Assembly (NCBI RefSeq): GCF_009834535.1
Contig: NC_045697.1
Coordinates: 20,028,001 to 20,092,000, forward strand
Reading direction: 5' to 3'
DNA from: Camelus ferus
Lineage: Eukaryota
Length of the DNA: 64,000 bases
A model generated the notes under the pieces. That model was not told where the DNA came from. It saw only the letters and a program-made list of their open reading frames with translations, and made no database searches. Made by a program: the position numbers and the translations under genes. Of this stretch, positions 24,040 through 38,098 are shown piece by piece; positions within the stretch are counted from its first letter, which is position 1; each line of letters starts with the position of its first letter.

Positions 24040-24800
24040 TCTAAGTGGAAAAGGCATGATTATTCCAACAAGAAGATTTGAGTAGATTTGATTTAAATAC
24101 AAAAGAATAGAGTAAATTCACTTGGCATTTTGGATTCGTTTCTGAACCATGAGGAACAATTTAAGTACTATCAAAGAGGTAAAGAATTGTATGGGATTCA
24201 GAGAACAGTGAATTCAGTTCAGAAATAGTTTAAGCACTTGGTTGTTTTTAAGAGAATACTTGGGGATGATTTAGGATTCTTCAAAGTAAAGGAAACATAC
24301 TCCAGCAAAGGTAATATGTATTGAATACCTTTGGTTTTCAATACACTTATGCAATGTCTCTGAGAGAAGGAATCTTAATGCCACAGTGATAAGATGGAGG
24401 GTGTTTTAAATAAAGATACTCAATAAAGAAAATCCATGTCAGTGGACAGAATGGATCCTGAAATTGTGGGAGAGACACCCACCTTATGGATATATCATCT
24501 TTATGAAAACTTGATAGGGTTTGTAACTGAGAGATCTTTTGATTTGGCTTCCCTATTACTTAGATGATTGATTGAATTTGTAGTATATTTTTGAGAAAGG
24601 AATAGTAGCTGGTTTATAGAACCTATCCATTTCTTATCAAAATGGGGCCATTGAGATATTTGTAGAGTTGTGTGTGATTTTTGGCCACATTTGAGAATGA
24701 CCAGCATGTACATGGTATTAAAATCTGTATGTACTGATGAGGTCACATAGATCGTAGTGGTGGAGATAGAAGTAAAGAAATGTCATAGAAACAAGCTTGA
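24040..24800 (+). mobile_element. L3/CR1 LINE ORF2 remnants
   Basis: 24430-24474 translates KSMSVDRMDPEIVGE, resembling the CR1 pre-RT motif KS(M/P)GPDG(I/M)HPRVL.E; 24120-24290 resembles the CR1 ORF2 3' end. Confidence 0.5.
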
Positions 24801-26419
24801 GTTGCTTCAAAATTTAAAGATAAGAAACGGGAAAGTGTTTCAGTAATGGAAAATGGATTATAAAATTATTTAACCCTGATGAGACTCAAGTTCCTCTTGT
24901 ATAAAATAGAATCTAGTTCAAACATATATTTAAAAACTTCAATTATTAGCTCTTGAAAAAGTGGCTGTGTTATTTAATAAATTTATTAAGTTCCCTAAGT
25001 GATTCTGGTAAATAGTGAGCCACATTTCCACCAAAAATGGCTATCTTTAGAAAAAAATGTGTTTTGAACTATATTTTGAGTTAAATATATAATTGACTAG
25101 CTTTCCATCGTGGTGTTTTGGAAGCATAAGCTTGGAAAAGTGTTTCACAAGGATCGTCTCAATATATATTTTTTATATCAAATTTACAGATTTGATGTGT
25201 TTTTTGTTTTTATCTGCCACTTTCCTTTTGTGTGTGTTCTCCTAATCATGGTATACATCTAAGGACTCTACTCACTTCCAACTCAATTTACTCATTTTCG
25301 AGAGGATTTTTCCTATGCGTGTATAAATTAATGTTTTCTAGAAAGCAAAAAGATTAGGACAGCCTGAAATTGACATTGTGTTAGGTGAATGAGTTGTTTG
25401 TAAATTTTTCTTCAAGTTCAAATTTACTTATGTAGAAGGGAGCTTTAAGTATTATGCACATTGCTGTGGACAATAATTGATCATTTATGTTCCTTTGGAT
25501 AAAGGAAGTTTAATGTAAATCACAGAAAAAAATCTAAACATTAATAAGCAAATTGTAGTTTTCTTTTTTAAAATTCTGCTGTAATGTCTCTGGGCCTTTG
25601 GTGTATAGGGCAACACACTGTTCTTACATACTTTTTTTAAAGCTTCAAATCAAATACAAATTTGGTTTAACTTCTGGTATCTGTATGTAGGAAGGAAATT
25701 TTGTAACAGAAAATACTGACATGAATGTGAAAGTGGCATTGTCATTGCTGAAATAAAAATTCATCATTATTTTCTTATGCAAATTAGTTAAATCTAGTTA
25801 GAGAGTTTTTCACATGGAAATCAGGGTGAACATCTTCACCTTCTCTATTTATGGATACAAACCATAAAACTTAACAGTTCAATTCATTGTTTCACCTGTG
25901 AATGCCTAGCCCACCTCAGTCAGATTTTATGCTTATTGAGGGCAGAACATCTTCACATGGCTTTTGTATTTCTGTGATAATGTTTTTTGTCCACAGCAAA
26001 TCATTTAAAAATAATTCATTGGATCATTTTAAATTACCTTATGTGCCTGAAGTTTTACTCTCGATTTTACACGAATGGTTTGGAGCGGTATTGCAAGGAC
26101 TTGATCATGAACAAAATAAGAACATAAGGGTGAAAATAAATAAATATTAAAAATTCACATTGCTCAGTGGTCAGTGACACTTTTGGGTCATATCAAACAC
26201 ATTATGAAAGAAATCTGAGAAAAATTCTTATAATTTTCAACATGTATATTTAGTATTCAAGTGATTAATTTATGGTAAACTTTTGGTAAGTGAAGGATAC
26301 TGTTGGGTTCTTTAGGATGACCATTAAAATAATAGTTAATAGAGAAGAAATAATAAAAACAAAATTCAGGCAGTAAGAAGAGAAAACAAATGAACACAGA
26401 TGTTTGTGAATAAGTAAAA

Positions 26420-26728
26420 AAGTTCTCCAGAGAAACAGACCGATGGCAGGGATAACTACAGTTACAGATATAGGTACTGATATAGATCAATTCTTGTCTG
26501 TACATAAGAGAAAGAGAGAGGGGGAGAGAGATGATCATTTTATAGATTATAGAAGGTTGGCTATGTGATGGTAGAGACTAAAGAATCACACCAACTGGAG
26601 GCAAACAGGAAAGCTGATGGCATATAGTTCCAGTCTGAGTCCAAAGACCTGCGAACAAAGGGAGCCGGTGGCGTACTTTCCAGTCTGAGTCCAGGAGAAG
26701 ACTGATGTCCGAGCTCAAGGAGTCAGGT
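26420..26728 (-). mobile_element. MLT2-type (ERVL) LTR fragment
   Basis: gttctccagagaaacag...aggaaagctgatgg...ttccagtctgagtcc (twice)...agaagactgatgtccgagctcaag. Confidence 0.8.
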
Positions 26729-27439
26729 ATTTCACTGATACTTTAAAAGGGGAGTGGTGGATGGGTATAAGATGTAGCTTTCATCTGTAGACACTTCCAA
26801 ATTGGTATAATGTTATGCAGACTTGTGACATGCAGTAAAGTGTGCACATTTATGCATTTCTGTTGAAATGGTTAACTTGTAGAAGCCTTTGGAAAGCTGT
26901 TAGCATTATGTAAAAAGAAACTTAGCTCACTGTGTTTAGAGCCACTTGAAATGGTAAGTCCACTGTTACAAACGTCTTTTAAGAAAACAATTACAATTTT
27001 GAAAAGTAAAACATGTTCTAAATGAACAACACAGATTTATAATGGTGGCTATGTAGAGTAACCTAAAGGCCTAGCTATCCTTGAATACTTACTGTTTTAA
27101 TAAAATATTATGAAGTCTTAATATGATTTTTAAAAGATGGTATAATAATATGAAAAATGCTTACAATATGTGAGATTAAGAAAGCAGCATATAAAATTTC
27201 GCAGATACCATGTTCACAGTTATACAAATACTGTATGAGATTAGGAAGAAACCAACAAGAAGCAATAGTGTTTAAGGTAGGCGTTATTAAAGTGGGTGAT
27301 GTAATTTCTCTTTCTGTTGTTTTGTATTTTTACACTAAGTATTCATTATACTTTTATGGAAAATGTGCATTAAATGTTATCCAACCTTTTACCCTCTTAG
27401 GAGAAATGCAGATTAAAAAATGTTTTGTTAGACATTTTG

Positions 27440-27730
27440 ATAAATGAGTAAGAATCAGGGCTCTGATGTGAGGTATGAGTTTGAACCTGGCTTCTCACTT
27501 CAAACACTCTAAGACTTTGGGTAAATTATTTTACCTGCTGAATGTTAGTTTCCTCGTCTAAAAATTTCCATTATAATAATAATATCTAACATACAGGATT
27601 ATTGAAAGTTCTAAATGAGATAATGTATGTAAAGCACAGAACAGAGTTTTAAGTTGCTTCAACAGAAAAAAAACTTGGCAGTAAAGTGGTCAATAAATCA
27701 ATGATGTTCATAAATAATCATAATTATGCC
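27440..27730 (+). mobile_element. MIR, near full length
   Basis: agggctctgatg...gactttgggtaaattattttacc...tagtttcctcgtctaaaa...aaatgagataatgtatgtaaagcacagaacag. Confidence 0.8.
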
Positions 27731-28059
27731 TTCAACAGGATGAAAAAAATAAATTACCTGAATCCAATTTTTAACCTAAAGAAAAACAAACATGTAACTC
27801 CGTACATTTTACACTTAGAAAAGTGAATGAGCCAGTGTTATTAGAAAATCGAATTATCCATCTTGGTTAAAAAAATGAATAGTGGGATAATAATAATTAA
27901 AAATAACTCAGATTTCACCATTCTAGGTCAGATAACCAACTGCAGTGTGTTCTACCATGAAATGTAGCTCAACAAAACATACACGAGTTCTTTTCCATAA
28001 ATTCCTAATCTTGTGGATAACGTCAAGAAAAATTCTAGTTTAAGAATTTTAAGTAGTAA

Positions 28060-28303
28060 GAGATACAGAGTTCCAGTTGCAAAATAAATGAGGGACTGGG
28101 ATGAAATGTACAGCATGGGGAATATGGGTAATAATATTGTAATAACTTTGTATAGTGACAGATAGTGACTAGACTTACATGATGATCATGTAATGATATA
28201 TAGAATGATATATAGAAATGATATATAGAAATATCAAATCACTGTTTGTGCACCTGGAACTCACATAGTATAGGTCATTTATACTTCAATAAAAGAAAAA
28301 AAA
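28060..28303 (+). mobile_element. 5'-truncated L1 3' UTR (L1MA9-like)
   Basis: atgtacagcatggggaatatgg...cacctggaactcacatag...atacttcaataaaagaaaaaaaa; internal aatgatatatag x3. Confidence 0.85.
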
Positions 28304-28721
28304 TAATTCAAGTGGGATTTAATAGAGAAATTCAAGTTCTTTGAACTTTTATGTTTAAAGTTGTACCTCCATATCTAGTCCTTTAAACATTTATGCTTTA
28401 GAAAGAGTCCTTTGATCTGACTATGCTTACGTGGACAAATTCTCTTATAAATAACTGAAGCTGATTCAATACTCTTTCCTTAGTGTGCAAAGAGGAACTC
28501 AGGGGAGGAGACAGGAGGGGTGGTGTGCAAGAGGGGGGCAGGTGAACTAGACAGAAATCCAAAAATCCAGGCAGAGCAGCTTAGCTCCACTTGTTGTGTA
28601 TGTTGATCTCTCAAATGAGCATTTCCTTTGAAGAAATGTTATGTGTGTACCATGTACAATTATGTACCATAATTGCTTTTTTTTTAAATGTTTGTTATGA
28701 AGTTTACCTGAAATCAATTTC

Positions 28722-28850
28722 TTTTTTTTTTTTTTTAATTAGGTTTATTTATTTATTTATTTGATTTTTCAGTGGAGGTACTGGGAGATGAACCCAGGAC
28801 ATTATGCATGCTAGACCTGCACTCTACCACTTGAGCCATACCCTCCCCCC
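28722..28850 (-). mobile_element. Camelid Vic-1-like tRNA-derived SINE
   Basis: Reverse complement reads ggggggagggtatggctcaagtggtagagtgcagg...gtcctgggttcatctcccagtacctccac plus an A-rich tail; A and B boxes present. Confidence 0.85.
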
Positions 28851-29019
28851 TCAAACTTGCTTTAAAACCACTATTTTAAACCAGTGGTCCTCACCCTGTA
28901 CACTGGGGCACCTGGGAACAAAAATTCATTCCTAGGAGTTTTAAATCCATACGCACACTGAGGATTGCCTAAAGACTAAAAAGAAAAGTTATGTGATCTA
29001 CATATGTGTAATGTACTTT

Positions 29020-29162
29020 TCATCTTTATTGAGGTATGACTGACAAATAAAATTATATCTAAAGCATATATCAAGGTGATTTGATATACATATACATGGT
29101 GAAGGGATTCCTCCCTTCACTCTAGTTACTCTAGTTACTATCAGATTAACACAATCACCACC

Positions 29163-29210
<48 letters not shown>

Positions 29211-29225
29211 ATGAGAATATATTTT
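29020..29225 (-). mobile_element. L1MA-type 3' end
   Basis: ctttattgaggtatgactgacaaataaaatt...gtgatttgatatacatatacatggtgaaggg. Confidence 0.8.
29171..29204. repeat. (GT)17 microsatellite
   Basis: Directly visible. Confidence 0.97.
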
Positions 29226-31711
29226 TCCAATGTTGGTAGATGAAATTGTGTTTAATAAAACATATTTATTTATGGAGCTTTTGGTCAGTGGATATTTTCT
29301 AAATTAATGGAAGTAAAAGCATAATCATTGTAAAGAGAAGGTTGTAAAATTTTGATTATTTTATAGAGAAAAACAATATATATGTTAAAAAGATTGAGAG
29401 CCTACTATTCCAAAATCCATACAGTTTAATATGTTTTTATTTGAAGGTAGTCTTTTTTGATACTGTAATTTTATCTTGGAGATGAGATCGTGGCAGGGAG
29501 TGGTTATGGGTCTGTGATTGATACAGTTGTGAGAAGTGACTGTTTTTAAGTTTGCCAGGTTTCAAATTACTGACTTACGTTAGTGTACATTTGCACTCAC
29601 CTCTCCCTCTGCTCCGCATACACAAAATCATACACGTGCACAAAAACACCAGACTCTCCTACCAATTTCAGTACCTATCGGTATGCCCCAGGGAACACTG
29701 GTGAGAGGTTTTAAGGAAATACTGATGGAGGCACACCAAAGTAGTTAGAAGACTAAGAATGTTAAATTTTTTTCATTGAATGAAAGGGGACTAAAGGAAG
29801 AACTTTTGGGTTGGTTTATAATCAAAGTTATGAGAAATGCAGCATCAAAGACAGGGACCAAAGGAAAAGTTAGTGTGTTTATCCAGAAGGCTCACTTCCT
29901 CTCTCTTGCCACTTTGTGCTTTCTTGAGTACTAGTTCTTTCCTTACACTGCCTGCTGCATTCTCCTGTCACCTGGGTCGAATGTCAGTCTGGGCCAGAGC
30001 GTCTAAGGTAATGTCCCATGTTTAAGACAATGAAAGGTTTTCTGATGTGGATAATCTCTCACAAATTGACTGTAGGATGCATTGAAAATGGGACAAATGG
30101 CTAAAGCAATCTCTTAGCCTAAAGCCTGCAGTCACAAACCTTTATTTTCTTCTTGGCATAATTATTTTAAAAGCAACAACCATAATCAATATTTTGTTTA
30201 ACTATGAGACTTAGAAAGTCCATCATTCATTAGTGGCAATTCTAGAAATCCTCATCCAACCAAGACTATAAATGATACTTGGCTGATTTTTAAAATTTTA
30301 ACCTGAAGATACTTTGGGGATTTTTTTATTTAAAAGTGAACTTCAAACAAAATAATTAGTTTTAGCTTTTATTTCTCAAAAAAGCCATAATTAATTCTAT
30401 TTAAAAATTATTTAAACAGTTCTCCTAAAAATGACTACTGAAAAGCATTAGGAAGTAAAATAGTGAGATTTTAAAATGGATGACAAGTGCTCCTAATTTA
30501 TGTACTACTTGATTGTACTGGTGTGCAATGTAAAAAACTTTATTTTTCTTTCAGGAAACAATTATTTCATCAACCATAATTTCTGTTCTTTTATCTAATT
30601 ATAATTCATCAGTAAAATATTGCTTAGTCCTAAATCAGCTGAAATAATAAAATATTGAAAAGTGTATTTTAAAAGATACTGGCATCTAAAGGCAAACATA
30701 TGTGATGACTCTGTAAGAATAATTGACTTACCGCACTCAAATTTTTCAAGTTACTATCATTTTTAGTGTGTACTCTGGTTCTTTAACAAACACTTTAAAA
30801 TAATTATAACATATCTGCTTTTAAGAAGAGTTAGTTCTTCGTAAGTAACATGTTTTTAACCTCTACTTTCATGCAAAATATGTATTCTAGTTTTCATTTT
30901 ACGGTTGAGAAGACCGAGATTTAAACAAATTAATTTACTCATTTTTTTGAGAAAATATATCCATAGCTTCTATTATTCATTTAATGTGATTTTAAATGCT
31001 ATGTGTTTCTAGACAAACATCTCTGAAGATTGCCGTTTCATTGCTGCTATTTCATTTCTATACTTCTCTGTCTCATTCTTTTCCTCTTTCTATGAATTCC
31101 TTTAACGAAAATTCTAAAAACTGGAATCAGTAAAGTTGCAGACGAGTGTGGGGCAATGTATTTAATTACAACCAACCAACTGTCTTATACAGGTAGATAA
31201 TCAGTCATTAATTAATCATTCATTAATCCTTACACATATTCACTTATATGACAGTTGAGGTAGAGAATTGCTATTCATTATCTTATTTCACTGTAAAATA
31301 CAATATACCAGAAATTTTGTGTTGCTCCTTCGCTGTGTAAAACACCAAGAGGATTACTTCAGACTTATTATATATTTGTGCACTGAATTGATAATTATTG
31401 CAATAACCATAACACATACATGAGATTATGGTGAGCCTCAAAGACGAGGACAAGCATTCTAAACAATTCTTCAAGTTCTGAATTGCAGAGCAAGTGGGAA
31501 ATAGTTTATGCAAGACGTGAGGACAAGGAAACAAGACCGTCTCTAATAAGGAATTGGTAGGCTGAAAGACTGGCCAGAGACACTGAGAATGATGAGCACA
31601 TATTTTTATTACTCATATTTTAGGTAAATTCATGATTAATAGAAAACTTTTATAAAATATTGGAAGTCTTTTCTGATTTGTTGTTGAACACCTTTCTATT
31701 TAAATGTTTAT

Positions 31712-31970
31712 GTATTCATTCAGCAACTATTTATTGTGCTCCTATGCGTCATGTATTCTTTCATTCAACAAATATTTATTGATCCCTTACTATGTGCTAA
31801 GTGTTGTGCAAGGCAAAAAAGAGAAAAACCAGTAAAATACAGACATAGTATCTGGCGCTGTGGAATTGAGACCATATTGAGGAGGAGAGGCATTGAGGAA
31901 GTATCTGTTTATAGAACAAGAATGATGAAGTTTAATGAAGCAAATGGAAATTTAGTGCACTAATCAAATT
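31712..31970 (-). mobile_element. L2 3' end, with the terminal motif present twice
   Basis: attcattcagcaactatttattgtgctcctatg and ttcattcaacaaatatttattgatcccttactatgtgctaagtg. Confidence 0.75.
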
Positions 31971-32529
31971 GAGTTCTGCTTTTCGTTTGTTTGCTTTCTC
32001 TTAGGCATATTATTCCAGGGAACCTAGAAAAAGTAGGTGAAAGTAGAGAGAATTCATAAATTAGTGTCCATTGTTAAACTGATAGACTGACACAGTGACA
32101 GAGAACTGGCCTTCCGTATGCTTCCTATAAAACGTTGACTCATTTACTCGGCTGACTCAACGGCAGGTGGGAAATGGGGCATGATTTGAACTTAGATTTT
32201 TTTTTTTTCATTTATCACTTGTCACAGGTCCATTTTGAAGCATCTGCTTGCTTGTCTGCAAGTAATTTACAATTTGTCAAAAGCATTAGGAGCAGTTGAC
32301 ACTAATCGTGTCACCTGTGAAGTGCCTTTGCATTTATTGGAAGCATAGTTCTTTCTGAATGTTTTTATTTTAAATGCATCTCTGGAGTCAGACAAGAAGG
32401 TCAAGATCAGTGTAGAAAATTGATCTAAATTAACTAAAGTAACTAAACTAAATTGAACCTTAAGGACGTAAGTGTATTTATATAAACACACACTCAATAG
32501 TTGACTCAGTGATGGCATATCACTCCATA

Positions 32530-32723
32530 TGTTGCATTAAGGACTTAATTCTGGAGTCAGACTGAATGGGGTTACATATCAGCTCAGTAATTCACTAGCT
32601 ATGATCTGGGCATACTATTTCACCTCTGTGTGGCTCTGTTTTTTTTTTTTTTTTTTTTCTTTTTAAGTGGATTAGTAATACCATGTACTTATCAGCTTGG
32701 AAGGATCAAATGTGTTGGATGAG

Positions 32724-32754
<31 letters not shown>

Positions 32755-32790
32755 AGTATAAAGTCACTAACAGATAGTTGCTGTTGTTGT
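32530..32790 (+). mobile_element. MIR with internal poly(T) (32639-32658) and (TG)n (~32728-32754)
   Basis: tctggagtcagactgaatggggtt...ttcactagctatgatctgggca...cacctctgtgtg. Confidence 0.75.
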
Positions 32791-34004
32791 TTTCTTCTAC
32801 AATTCTTGACTTAAGCCAACAATTTTAATGACATAGCCACCACTATTCCTTATGAATATGAATTTTCAGTCCTGGAGCATGTGTATTTCTTCCACTAGCT
32901 CCTGCTATAGAATTGCTTAGGCTGTGAAACCCATCTCCTGGGTTTTGTACCATCTCTTTTTTTTTCCAAGTGGAGAATTGCCCTTGACAGGTCACTACAC
33001 TTAACCTATTATTGGTGGTTCAGAACCCTGTGACCCTGTTGGCCTGGTGAGGACCAACATGTCTGCCATTTTCCTCCCAAACATAATTGCCTTCCCTCAG
33101 ATATTAAAGGTTACAGATCTTGAGAAACATTTGTTTATGCTGAATGTATGTATGTTTTATACTAATAAAACATATCTCTAGTATTTAATTTCTCTCTGGT
33201 GTTCCCCTATATTTTCAGAAAGATTGAGTTGATTTTTTTTAAACAATTCTCCCTTCGTTTCAAGTTGAGTTCTCGCCTCTACCATGTATAGATCCAGCAT
33301 CGTTTGCTGAAACTGTTTGCCTTTCTTTGAATTTTTCTGTCTAACTAAGCCATTTGTCTAACATTCTGCTGTAGATTTTGTCTAGATGATTCTCTCATAG
33401 TGAGTTATATGGAATCTGATTTTTTAACCATGTGAGCCCATTTAATTCTTAAATTAAACAAATATATTGAGGCAAGACAGATATATAAAACTAAATATAA
33501 AAATGATATTTTAAAATAAAAGCCTGAGCATGCAAGGAAGTGAAAGATAACCTCCGCCATCTGAACCAAAACACGGTTTGTACATGAAGGTGATAAACTG
33601 TGCATAAAAGGAGGGGAGACAAAATGTTTAGCCCTACAAGCAAGAGAGTTGGAATTAAACCCTGTTAAGTACGGCTAAGGATCTATCCTTTCAATGAAAG
33701 GATGAACAGAAAATAATAGTAATAGAAATTGTCCACTAACACAGTGAGACAGTGAGGAATCTTGGCTGCCCCATCCTGGGCCCTGGATGGAGCTCTCTCT
33801 TTCTGAGAGTGAACATGTCCAAGCATTTCTGATATCTGCCCCTAGTGGGCACCTCTGTCACCCCTTCGTCATAGCTGTATTGTCACCTGTCCCTACTTCA
33901 TTTCTGCCTCAGTTGCTTTTGGTCACATGTACATGCAATTTAGAGTTGATATTTTTATTGTCTCCTGGTCTAGCTCAAGAGATTGCCTTCTCCTTATCCT
34001 CCTG

Positions 34005-34125
34005 AGTACATTTCTGGAGGAAAGGTGAGAAGACTCAGAACTAAGCTACTGACCTGTACCCACCGCACTAGGAAGACCCCGAGTCAGGATCTTCAGAGAA
34101 AACTAGCCCAGCATATTGTATACCC
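34005..34125 (-). mobile_element. MIR fragment
   Basis: gtgagaagactcagaactaagctactgacctg...gagtcaggatctt. Confidence 0.45.
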
Positions 34126-35769
34126 AGAAATCAAGTTTCTTTCTAATCTTATTTTAATTTTCCTTCCTGCCCTTTTACACCATCTGATTCTTCAGACTGT
34201 CTGCATATTTTGTTTTTGCTTGGCCTTGTTGTCCCCCCAGACACATTTTGAGTTTTCTTTTGGCTTCACATCTGGAGCCTTGGATTGGCTTTCAAGGCAC
34301 AACCAACACCAGAAGCCCAGGGCCCCCCTTGTCAAAGAAAAGATTTTGGGGACTGAATCCTTAAACAGTGATCAGAAAGTTACTGCTTAGAATATATAAG
34401 GACAACCTATGCCCGATGTACATCATTTCATTTATTAAAAGGTAGTAGAATGACATTTACCAGTGCTCCCTAGCCTCCTAGCCTTTTCAATTTGGGTAAA
34501 AGTGACGATAGTTGTACAGTTGTGCCAGGATGCGCCTAGAGCTGGGGTGACAGCATCCAGCACACACGTGTTCCTCCGAGGCGCACTGCATGTCCACAGA
34601 AAAATCTGGGAGGACCCAAGTCACAGAATCTGCAGTCCAGCAAGGAGTTTGCATATTAGTTATACAACAAATTGTTGTAATTAATTAGTACATTAAAGTG
34701 TTTTGAATAAGTGGCTGAAGACCATGCTTTAAGTCTTTTAAATTTGACCTGACCATTTCATTTCTATGAACAGATTTCACTTCTATGAACAGACAGTTCA
34801 TAAAGGAGAAAATAGGTCTTTTGTAAGAATTTGGAGGGTGGGGAGGCTGTCTCACGAAACAATTAAAAATATCTCTAAGAATAAAACCTAAGAAAATAAT
34901 TTGCACTGAGAATAAAGCTACTTATACGATACATGTAAATGATGCCATTTAATATAACTTTGCTAATCACTAAAAGTCTGGCAAGTTCACTGAGTCATAG
35001 AATTTCCATGCTAATGTGGGAGAATAGAAACATGTTCAAATAAATGGGATAATAGAAAATATCAAGTAATGATAATTACTCTGCACATAATATTTCTCAA
35101 AAATTGTTTTAGGATATTTGAGAATATTTTCTGTTTTCAGTATTAATAAAGTTGTATTAGTTACTTTTCTTCTTTGTTTTTAATTTTGGTCTTTTTAGCA
35201 CTATATTTTGAATTACTAAATGAGTTAATTTGACAACACTTGGAATGAGAGAGATTTCATTTCTACCTCATTTCCAAAGTAGTTCTCTTTTGTTCTGTAA
35301 GATCTTTTGTCTTCTTTCCATTCTTCTCTTTCCTTTTCTCTTTTTTTAAAATTAGTTTTAGGTGTTCAACCTATTTTTTTTTTTAAATTAGCTTTAGCTG
35401 TTTTTTGGATCTATTTGCTAGGTACAAGAATGTTATCTCTTATATAGGTAATTCAAGATAAGCAGAGAACCAATTTCCAGAGGCTTTCCCTAGAAAAACC
35501 CTGAACTGACCCTTGAAAAATCCATTAATTTTATAAATTCCAGCTTTCTTGAGAGAGAAGGAGGGAGATAGGGCGAGAGAGAGTTGCATGCAACTAACTG
35601 GTTTTTTTTTTTTTCATTTTTCAGTCTTTTTGAGTAGAATTGTTACAATCTGACTGCACATATACAATATATTGCACGTAAATACGTGTATACAATATCC
35701 TGCACATTTTTTAAAATATTTACTGTTTATATATATTTACTGTTCATTGGCATGCAACCAACTTTTACA

Positions 35770-35935
35770 ACATTTTCAAACTGATCCCATGCAAGTATGG
35801 ACATGGGATTCATAATGATTTGTTCTATGTTGAGAATGTGACGATCAGAGGTAAATCATGAAATATGGATTACATGTTGCTTTTGCCTCCTAGAAGCAGA
35901 GATGGCCCAGTTTCACGTGTTCTCAAATTCCAGGC
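35770..35935 (-). mobile_element. MIR fragment
   Basis: atgttgagaatgtgacgatcagaggtaaatcatg...tagaagcagagatgg...tctcaaattccagg. Confidence 0.5.
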
Positions 35936-36269
35936 ATATGCCCATATAAATCTAAAATTATATAACAATATAATAATTATAAAAAGATTTATAAAGAACT
36001 CAGAGACTATTATAAAGCCCTCTTTGCTGGTTTGCAGACACTACAGTGGTTCCCAAAAAACCTGGAAACTGGTCATCTGTTATGAAGGACAGTTCCTGCC
36101 TTCAAAAGCAGTTCACTTGAGATATACACACACACGTCTGTGCACACACATGCACAAACACACAGAGGCATGGCTGCATACTGAAATAAATCTTACATAA
36201 AGGAATGAAAAGAAAAAAGTAATGAAAGGACAGATTTGCATGCTGAGAGAAGAAAACAGGTTTCTCTTA

Positions 36270-37700
36270 AAATTATTATTATTTTTAATATTTTAAATGG
36301 ACTTTTAATGTTTTTGATCATAAAATCAGTATATCTTCATTACAGAAATTCAAATAATGTTGAAAGCCTCACAGATGAAATTAAAATCAGCCTTTAATTC
36401 AAACATGAGGTTTGTCTCTGGTATGTGCATGTGCACATGAATATGAATGTAAATTAGAAATTGCCAAATTAACCAACATATTGTAGGTAATTTTTCATAT
36501 TCACAATCAAATACCCCCTGCATTTTACATTTATGCTTAATAATTTACCTCGTAAATGAACCTGTTATTTTAACAATTTTCTATTACCATGATTTAAATG
36601 ATGTCTAATACTTGTCCCATCTAAAATAAGTTTGTAGTAATTATGTTTGTATATTGATGGTTACCTTGAAAGAGAAAATTCCTCAATGTGGTATAGCTGG
36701 GACAAAGAATCTTAGTTTTAATTGTGTTTGATGTAAGCTGCCAAGTTTATTTCAAGGCATCTAGAAATATTATACATTCGACACTTGCAGCAGTAGCGTA
36801 GGGAATTGTTGCTTTCGTCTTGCACCTGTTACTGTTGGAGCTTATGATTGTTTTCATTTTTGCAAATTGGATTGGGAAAGTATCCCTTGGCATCTATACA
36901 TCTACTTTAAAAATTGCCCAAATTTATTGGTCTCTTTGTCTCTTTCTTTTTGATTCATAATTCTCTTTCCTATTAGGTGTATTAAGCAAGGTATGTGTAT
37001 ATGAAATACGTGCTCAGTTTATGCTTGCTTTACATTCTATCTCTATATATACTGTATTTTAATGTGCACATTAAAATATTGATGTGATCAAGTGCAAAAT
37101 TTTCTTTTAAGCATTCTGCAAAAAAAGCTCCCTGATCATATAAGATAAATGCATATCTGTGTTTTTGGCTCATTTTCTAATTATACCATTGTTCTTTTAC
37201 ATTTAAAATATTTGTTTCTGAAAGATAAAATTTTATTTTATTTTACTTTAAAACAGTAAACCAAGTGTTCATTTTATCAGTGTTCTACCTTTTCACACAG
37301 TCATGAAACACCATCATTTTGTGTACACATGAATAAACACACATGAAAAGGATTAGGTACACACACACACTGTCACACACACAGTCTTTTAAGACACTTT
37401 TCATTCTACTTAAAAATCAATATGTATTTTTTGCAGTGTAATATGGTTTTATATCCAGATTATAAAACTCCCTTCTCATTACATTTATAATTTTCTTGTC
37501 AATTCTGATAAAACAATTTTCATACATGAACTTAAGTATCATTTGGTCTGCTTTCAGAAAGATATTGGGATTTTTAATTAAAACAGAATGAATTTAGATG
37601 TTAATCCATAGACAGCCCATATCTTATAGAGGTTTCCTAGAATAGTTTATTTCACTGATTTACAAATCACAAAATATGTATTAATTACCATCAAAGACTC
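36270..37700 (-). mobile_element. Highly decayed old L1 (L1ME-like)
   Basis: T-rich; aaattcctcaatgtggtatagctgggacaaag, catacatgaacttaagtatcatttg and atattgggatttttaatt resemble antisense L1 ORF2 and 3' UTR. Confidence 0.55.
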
Positions 37701-38098
37701 TTTGGCATATATAAAGATAATCTGTTTTTTGCTTTTTGACTTATTGATATAATGCATATTAGTATAAATATTGCCTAATATACATTTTGTACATATATAA
37801 TATACATATATAAGACAGTGTAATATTTTGAAAAATGATATATAATGTATTTCTTAACAACATCAACCATCTTAAAATAAGAAAGAATCTCAGTATCGTA
37901 TTTCTCTTTTGATAGAGTTTAAGGTTTCAGCTTTGTTTCTTTCAGTATTCATCTGACCATGAGCCCTCCCCAGTCAGGCTTTAATCAGCACAACTCCACC
38001 AAAAAATGGCTTCATGATCATAAGAATGATACCAAGTGCCAGATCTTTCAGAACCAAGATGCCAATTTTATGTGCTCATCATAACCTCCTAGCACCAT

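Noticed and set aside
33983..34390. 135-aa ORF
   Set aside because: Non-ATG start, overlaps a probable MIR, and has no recognisable homology.
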